Of a DNA stretch of 64,000 nt, positions 56,313 through 64,000 are shown piece by piece. Under the pieces are notes generated by a model, which saw only the letters and a list, made by a program, of their open reading frames with translations, was not told the DNA's origin and did no database searches. Source of the stretch: Octopus vulgaris (lineage: Eukaryota); NCBI GenBank assembly GCA_951406725.2, contig OX597825.1:58094001-58158000 (forward strand). The letters are read 5' to 3'. The first letter of the stretch is position 1. The number at the start of each line of letters is the position of its first letter. A program made the position numbers and the translations under genes.

Positions 56313-57021
56313 CCTACTACATATGTGAGAAATTCTGTCTGTGGGTACGTTTGTGGAGTTGTTAGCTAACTTCTACATCATTTTATCGATTTTGATGAAA
56401 CTTGACACGTGAGTAGAACTCGTGTGGAAACCTCATGGCATACTCAGATTGTTATATATATCCTTATATGCATATCTAATATATTTATTTTATTTTAAAA
56501 ACCAAGGGAAATAATCCATTCGCCCCTGGAAGAGATCATTATATATAGTCAAGGGAAATAACCCATTCATTTTCCTAAATTATTTGGTAAAAATGAAATT
56601 GAGTATGCTTATTTCTTAGTATTTGAACTGTTAGAGTTATTTTCGCAATTTATCCAGTACAACCCTTAAACAAGTAAATAGTATACATACCTTATTAGTA
56701 TTATTAGTATTTCTTCCTATGTTCTATATACGCTGGGAACACATTAAGGCACTTTTCGGGGCTATTTTATTTGAATTCTTACTATCGGGTAACTAATTTC
56801 ATGTTATTACTGACTTCACAATTTGGGTATTCATAACTTATTGGGAATTTCTAAAAACAAGATCCTGTGTAAGACAATTCGGTATTCTCTGTAAATGCAC
56901 TAAAACCGTTTTAAGGGCTACATACTTTGTATTGTTGTTATTGGATTAGCGAAACAATTATGAGAACAGAACCATGGGATAAGCCCCGCTGTCCCGGGAA
57001 TTACAGGGTACGTCAGCTAGT
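56313..57021 (+). mobile_element. Non-autonomous Helitron-like element; similar 5' ends at ~39770-39960 and ~5220-5435 (-)
   Basis: 5' tctgtctg...atcgattttgatgaaacttgacac, then a 3' GC-rich subterminal segment followed by CTAGT. Confidence 0.45.
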
Positions 57022-57642
57022 CACACATATATATGGGTGTGCCAAAATCTTTAGGGTCTCTACTGGTCTTAATCCAGCCCTGAATATTGTGGTTGTGTCT
57101 TTGATAGGCAATTCGGAACTGGTAATTTTTAAAGGACATTGGCCGTTTTTTTCCCTAGATTATTTTGCGTATTTGTGTATTTCTTGCGTTGTATGTTGTA
57201 ATGTAAGGTAGATTATTTTGAATAATCAAATTGTTTCTCATTCTTTGTAATATTTTAATGTCTAATTGCTCTGACACCTTCTTTTTCCGTGGCCATTTAT
57301 ATTGTTGAGAATTATCTATTAAGTCATATATGTTTAAGTATTGGATGCTTTTCATACTAGTTTCAAGGTTCAAAACGATTGATCATATTTTTTGTGTTAA
57401 ATTAAACGGTATATTTTGGTGTGCTTTGGGTCGCATAAGATTTATAGTAAATGTTGCTAAGAGTCTGTCAGTCTGCAGCAGGTGTCTATCTCGAGCTTTG
57501 TGGGTTTTTTTTAGTAACGCTGTCATCAAGGGACTAACCAATAGACTTATTTTGACAACGACATCAAACTAACTGATTCACAGGCATACGTCAGTGAGTC
57601 AATTCATGTGTGTTTGTGCGTCTATGTGTGCATGTGTGTGTA

Positions 57643-57673
<31 letters not shown>

Positions 57674-58665
57674 ATACAGTGGACCTGGAATGAAATTCGC
57701 TTAGGGGTGCAAACTCAAGTCCAAAATTTTTGATGAACAAAGTCTATTTTCTCAATCTTAATATGAAAACAAACACATATAATAATAATGTTTATTATTA
57801 TGAGGGTCGGCTGAAAAGTTCATAGGCTGGCCAAGATATTCTCATGGAATGTAACCAAATGAAGTTCAATTTTTAACATAAACCCCCTTACAATCCACAC
57901 AGGGTTTTTTTACGGTTTGGCTTCACTTTCTGTCACTGTTAAATTACGTGAAAATTTTCAAATTTAGTGTATTGATGTTTTTTACGCTGAATCTGATGTA
58001 ATTCACTTGTTCCAGAAAAGTTTGTGAAGAATTTTTCAGAGGTTTAAGATTTGATAATTTTTACTCAATCAAAACACAGGATTTGGAAGTTAGTATTTTT
58101 TGCGTGATGACAACATTACAGCGACTAATGACAACATTGCAACGACAAAACATTCAAAGATGGAAGTTTTAGTAAGTTTTAATGAATAAAGTCATGTGAA
58201 ACTTTGGAACAAGCATTTAATACGAAAAATAACAGAACGTTAATTTACGAAAAAACACGCTGTAATTTAGTTCTTGTAAACAATATATATTTTACAGCGA
58301 GAACGTTAAATGACGAAAAAATAAACTGTAGTGCAGTTCATGTAACGATCGGACTGTTGTAGCCTTAAGTTGGCTAAAATTACCCAAAATTTTCAGACTT
58401 TAAAAGCTATTAGCATTTTATTTATGTTATAGCAAAAATGACTTTCATTTCCATAATTAGATCATGAGACACTTAAGATGTATAACAATGAGTAAACTAA
58501 TGATGAACTTAATACATCTAACAATATCTATGTTACGGAAAGTTGGAGTAATTAATGAACTTCTAATGATTCATTGATAGTTATATGACGTTTAATTTGC
58601 ATCTAATATTTCATCTGAAAAGGCCTGAAACTTACGTAAATTTTATGTTAAATTTTCCATTGCAG

Positions 58666-58897
58666 AAAATATCGACACTATTGCGAAAGAGCTCTTAGGT
58701 GTTTCAGAGAAATCCATGTATTTTAAAGAAGAAGATATTAATTTGGTTATAGCCGTTCATGAGGAAATGATGCCATTGATATCAAATGTGTCCACCAATG
58801 TAATAGTGAATGATATTCTTCTTAGTATCAACAATGTGATAAACACACCAGAGGAAATTTTGGTTGTGTCAGAACAAGCTAACAAAAGTGTGAACAG
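58666..58897 (+). CDS. Adhesion GPCR exon: GAIN subdomain A helices
   Basis: ttgcag|AA...AACAG|gtaaga, 232 nt, phase 1-2. Reads NIDTIAKELLGVSEKSMYFKEEDINLVIAVHEEM...ILLSINNVINTPEEILVVSEQANKSVNR. Confidence 0.9.
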
Positions 58898-58919
58898 GTA
58901 AGATTCAAATTAAATTTGC

Positions 58920-58983
<64 letters not shown>

Positions 58984-59089
58984 CTAAAATAGCGAAATGA
59001 TTGAGTTAAAGCACTTGGTTCAGTCAAGATGTTTTGCAAACAACTTGCACATGCAAGTGCTACCAGTCGAAATCTCCGCATACCGGAAG

Positions 59090-59872
59090 TCAGCAAGTGT
59101 ATGAGGTCATCAGGAGAGAATGCGTGCCGTTTCGGGGCCTAACTCTCGACGGCATCATTGCGCACTGATATAAGGCCCCGCTTGCTAGATTAACTGGTTA
59201 TCAAATAAAACTTAATATTCTTCTAGCCATCGCTCATCGTCTCTTTTTAACCAAATTCAGCAGCTAGCCGTTTCCACTGTAGTTTGGATGTCGCTCATGG
59301 TGGTATTTACTTTACGGTGAGTTAGGCCTAACGATAACAACAGTCGTCTCACACTGTCTCCAACAAATCCTTTACATCCAACTTCGATTGGAAAATGCTC
59401 TGCTTTCCACCCTGCGTCTTTACATTTTTCGAGGAGGTTTACATAATGGTCAATCTTTCGAGCCCAAGCGGCGTCCATGTAATCTTCATGAGGAACTTTT
59501 AACTCGACTAGATTTATCACTTTCTTTCTTTCACACCACATTAAAAATGTCCCATTTTTTCTTAACTGGGATGGGAAAGAGTCCCTGGCACCCTTCCAAA
59601 AGCCGTTCGACTTTTCGTCGGTCACAGGAAGTTTCTACTTCTTTTTGAAACGGATCTACAGTCCTGAGTGCACGAAGGTAATGACGCTGTTTCTAACAAC
59701 AGATCTGTGTTCGTTCCGCATCATACGTGCAAACGGTCGGAACCCATCTGCGCCAAAACCAAGTCCCTTCCGATGAATTTGCGTTGAACCCACCATATCT
59801 CGGTATGTAAGAGAAGACAAAATGTTATCAGTCGCTGCTTCGGTTTCCCACTTCCTGGCTGTTTTTACTAGC
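59090..59872 (-). mobile_element. Hero/RLE-type non-LTR retrotransposon 3' end (internally deleted)
   Basis: KTARKWETEAA...DMVGSTQIHRKGLG; RLE domain LVELKVPHEDYMDAAWARKIDHY...GWKAEHFPIEVGCKGFV; *IWLKR C-terminus, then the 3' UTR. Confidence 0.85.
59101..59180 (-). ncRNA. Candidate permuted/pseudoknotted hammerhead-like ribozyme in the retrotransposon 3' UTR
   Basis: Core motifs GUC, GAAAC and CUGAUGA are present, with three perfectly paired helices (see findings). Confidence 0.55.
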
Positions 59873-61189
59873 TATAATTGAACGTTAAACAAGTTAGATT
59901 TTTTTTCTATTTTAAATTTATGGATTTGAAAAACAGTGATCTTATAAATCATTGTAATTTTTTAAAAAGTAGATTAAACGTCTTGGAAAGGATTCAATAA
60001 CTTATAGACTATGTTGGGGAACATAGCTGTCCTTATAAAATTATGTTAATGGTAATATATTATAGTTAATTGCCGATTAGTAGTTAACAGTCGAGGCCAT
60101 TTCTTCTGCCATGGAAGATTTTATTGCAGAAACTGTCAGATTTTATTGTTTAGCCTGTAAAGTAGTGCAGCAGAGTTTCAGCTAGAGTATTTTGGTTAAA
60201 ATATGGCTGAAGTTATTAACAATTGATGCATGTGCAATATATCAGTTTATTTACAGGTATTATATAGATAGAAATCTTACGAAACAAAGAAATTGTTGTG
60301 TCAAAGATCATTTATGATAGCGCGAATAATAAAATACCATCATATGCTTGTCTTTAATTTCATTTATATTCCCTATCAATTTTCGTAAAATGAAAATAAA
60401 AAAGCAAATGATCATAACTTTGGGCTAACACTTGATGACTCCAGAGTTCACATCTGCAGTATAACGCTTCATTCCCGATTTGAAGAAGTCCCATCTGTTA
60501 CATTTCAATTCATGCTGTTATGAGCAGATGAGACATATTTTGGAATGAAATAAGTATCCCTTCTCTGGGATATTTATCACTTAACACCACATAGATGTTG
60601 CATTAGCTGGTAGTAAGTATCCTCAGTATTCCGGACAAAATTCTCAGTGGCATTTTGTTCGCCTTTATATTCTGAGTTCAAATTCTGCCGGAGTCGACTT
60701 ATCCTTTCATTCTTCCGGGATCGATGAAAAAAGTACCAGCTGAGCACTGAGGTCTATGCAATCAACTAGTTTCCCTTCTCAAAATTTCAGAGCTTGTGCT
60801 ATAGCAGAAAAGACGATTGTAATGTATTTTAAGCCGGCAGGAAGGTGGAATCGTGAACCAGTCGGAGAAAATGCGTAGCGGAATTTTTTGTTTCTTTGCG
60901 TTTTTTCGATTCAAATTACGCCAAGGTCGACTTTGCTTTTATTCTTTAGGGGTCGATGATACATGTACCAGTTGAACACTGGGGTCAATGTAATTGACTT
61001 ACTTCTCTTTTAAAATTGCTGGCCTTCTGCCAAATTTTAAAATTGTTATTTAAGTCGACAAGCTGGCCGAATCGTTAGCACGCTGAACAAAATGCTTAGC
61101 GGAATTTTTTCTGGCTTGTTCTGAGTTCAAATACCGCCGAAGTCGATTTTACCTTTCATCCTGATGGTATATTATTGCGATTTTTGCCA

Positions 61190-62450
61190 ATAAATGCAAC
61201 TCTTTGAGATCTTCAAGTTTAAGAATCAGCTTTAACATCCAGTCGCTTTCCTGTTGCAGGTAGGCAGAATTCCTTGGCTGCAATTTTCAGCGAGATTTGA
61301 GATTATAATTCCTGAACACCTATTCTCGGAATTTACATTCGACCTATATCTGCATTTACGTGATGCGTTGATATTAACTTTCGGGTTTTGACATAAACTT
61401 GGTTCATCTTAGAGATGACTTTGAAGATGTATGTGATTATAAGTATGACCAACGTGTTTCGCTTCTGGTTTTCAGACTAGCTCTTACTCTACGATAACAT
61501 TCTTTATCCTTTCTCTCATTAGTGAGTGCCTAATTCTCTGAGACGTTCCATCTTACTAGATTTGTAGGTGATGGCAAGACATCATAGGATGAACGAATCA
61601 GAAAACTTAGCTGAGATGTGGTCCATCTCCATTTCTCATCCAAATTTATTTTTCTCTCCACATGTTCCTCCCATTTCATCTGTCCTTGTTGAGTGCATTG
61701 GATCAAATGCACTCAACCCTAATTCCAATTTATAGTTGCGGTGCCTGTTTGAGAATAATTATTGCTTTCCAAAGCTTCATGACATGAAATAAAAGAAATC
61801 CTGATTATTGGTAAAATGTTGAATGCCTCCTTGTAGTCCTTTATCCAGCCGTGTGAAAGGATTTTTTGTAGCCCATCCAGGCTATTGAAAGATGTTTATC
61901 TTGTTATCACAATCATCAAGAATCATTTTGTTAATTAACCGTTGAACCCCACGTCTATATAACCTACGTCTGCGCCCTTTTTGTTCACCAGGAAAAATGT
62001 TATTAAAGAGGAAAGTTTATGTGCGTTCCCTCAGATCAGATGTAAGAATGTTGTACATTCTTGTAATGCATTTTATGTGTCTTGCAGTTCTTAGAGATTT
62101 TTGTTTCATAATTTCGGGGAGTTCTGGGATCATTTACAGCTTATGTTGTAATAGTAAGTTTGCATTTTATACGAATTTGTAAAGCCATTAAGCCAATAGT
62201 TTGGGATCTCACATCTTTTTCAGTGTAATACTGTTATCTCCTGCATCTACCTTTCCCATATTTGTTCTTTTGTAAGCTCACTGTCTTGTTTTTGTCTGTT
62301 AGTCCATGAAGCACCTCATTTATGCTCCTTATCATTTGCCTAGACTTGACTCGGAAACTCATGCATTTTTCTTCTCTGAGGAGATTTCTATTTTGAATGT
62401 GTTCTTTCCAGTGTGTCACTAGGATTTTTTTGGTTCATTTTTAAACATGT
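61190..62450 (-). mobile_element. Decayed Hero/RLE-type retrotransposon fragment
   Basis: QQGQMKWEEHVERKI...LSFLIRSSYDVLPSPTNLVRW (61530-61712). Outer boundaries are uncertain. Confidence 0.65.
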
Positions 62451-63511
62451 TATTCTCTTTGAAGAACACTGATTGTTTTCAAAGCAGTGTGTGCACGCAG
62501 CTTTGGTCTGCGCGCTTTGTTTTATCTTCAGATTCGTGCGCGAAGTTTCATTTATATTTTCTCATTATCTTTCTCTACTTATACAGTTTTATATTATGAT
62601 TATTGTTTATGTTTTTAAGTATCTATGTCAGATCGTAACATATTGATTTGTTTTTAGAGTTTTTTTCCACATTAGATTTTTTTTTACCACATTATTTTTT
62701 TACGACGATGTATTGCTTTATTTCTAAGTTTTACCCAGTTATTTTTTTCTTTTGGCGCATAAAATAACTCGTTTAAGAGTGTGATGTTCAATTCATTTTC
62801 GTTTACAATGGTCTTAAAGGCCCTATTCAATTGACAGATTGCTATATTATTCTTGTGCTGTTGCAGTTCGTAGAAAGGTCACCGCAAACATTTATGACCA
62901 TACTTTGGGCTGTGATCAATTCAATGATTATTTGCTCTTCAACTTGTGTTGGATCATTTTGATATCATTGTATATTTCCGCTAAACTGTTGGTAATTTCA
63001 TTAACATATTTCTCTTGTAGTTCCTCATTGCTTTCACTTACACAAACTAACGAGCATAATTATCAGTTATAAAGACATGCCTTAATATACTTATTACGCT
63101 AAAGTCTATGTGTTCGTGGAGAATACTTACGGTTATCTGACTTGAATGAAGCAATTAAGTGTAGCAATCTATAGTATTTCTTAATAAATAGTTTAACTTA
63201 ATTACTGGTTCTTAAATGTCATTTTGGTGTACTTTTGTTAGAGACATATATTTAGAATTATTTTAGACTAAATTTAGACTAATTTAGTGGCAATAATAGC
63301 AGCAGCAGCTGCATTAGATACAACAACATAAACAATAAAAGTAATTGCATCCGCAATAACAGTAGCAAGCGCAGAAGTAATAAAAGCAATATTAGCAACA
63401 ATAGCATACAAAGCTGTATTAGATAACATAATTAGTGTAATTACATCTATAGCTAGTTACGTATTTGAAAGATACTGTTAATTAAAAGCTGTTTTCTTCA
63501 TTTTCTAACAG

Positions 63512-63680
63512 AATGCTGAATGTTATAGGAACAATTCCAGAAAATGTTTTACTGAAAGAGCAACAACTCACAGTTTTATATGACAATCTTGGCGTTGGTG
63601 TTGCCAAAGTGGAGAAGGTTTTCAATGGTCTTTTCTATGGAATTTTATATGAAACCAATGAAACTGAAGCAAAGAATGTG
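63512..63680 (+). CDS. Adhesion GPCR exon: GAIN subdomain A/B transition; gene continues beyond the window
   Basis: ctaacag|A...GTG|gtaatt, 169 nt, phase 2-0. Reads MLNVIGTIPENVLLKEQQLTVLYDNLGVGVAKVEKVFNGLFYGILYETNETEAKNV. Confidence 0.88.
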
Positions 63681-64000
63681 GTAATTTTCTTTCTTGAGAT
63701 TGCTTGCTTGTTATTCAGTTGTGCTAAACATCAAAGCTAATAAAATACATTAGAATGAAATATAATACATGCATTGCTATGTAAGGTTGGTACGGAACAT
63801 GGCTTGATGAAGTTTACAATTCACGCGCGCGCACATACACACACGCGCGCGCGCGCGCAACACACATACCATAAATGTATATTCCCATCTTTATGGCTTA
63901 GGGTCGGGGGACTCAGTCCAAACTATTGCTCTTTACCACACACAATCTTTTGCTACAATCACACACGGCGCCAGGCTTCTGTCCGTTAATTTCTGTCTTT

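Overview
Eukaryotic, AT-rich DNA saturated with microsatellites and SINEs. The repeat content suggests a coleoid cephalopod, probably Octopus (inference). The window is the interior of one + strand gene. I could chain 14 GT-AG exons with consistent phases (4447-63680). They encode EGF - degenerate lectin-like domain - EGF - F-type lectin (fucolectin/F5/8-like) - SEA-like - HormR - start of GAIN, i.e. the ectodomain of an adhesion GPCR. No signal-peptide exon was identified, and the GPS and 7TM are expected downstream of the window. One intron holds a 5-copy, ~4.15 kb tandem array (11501-32138). Its four junctions each contain the 3' end of an inverted LINE and cut the lectin exon in half, giving four truncated decoy exons ahead of the intact one. 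The introns also carry decayed Penelope, Hero/RLE-type, Tx1/L1-like and RTE retroelements, hAT, mariner/Tc1 and Helitron-like DNA elements, several long inverted repeats and several hammerhead-like motifs. One of these is a complete but permuted, pseudoknotted hammerhead core in a Hero-type 3' UTR. Most ORFs in the supplied track are microsatellite or SINE artefacts. All domain and family calls are by motif recognition, without database searches.
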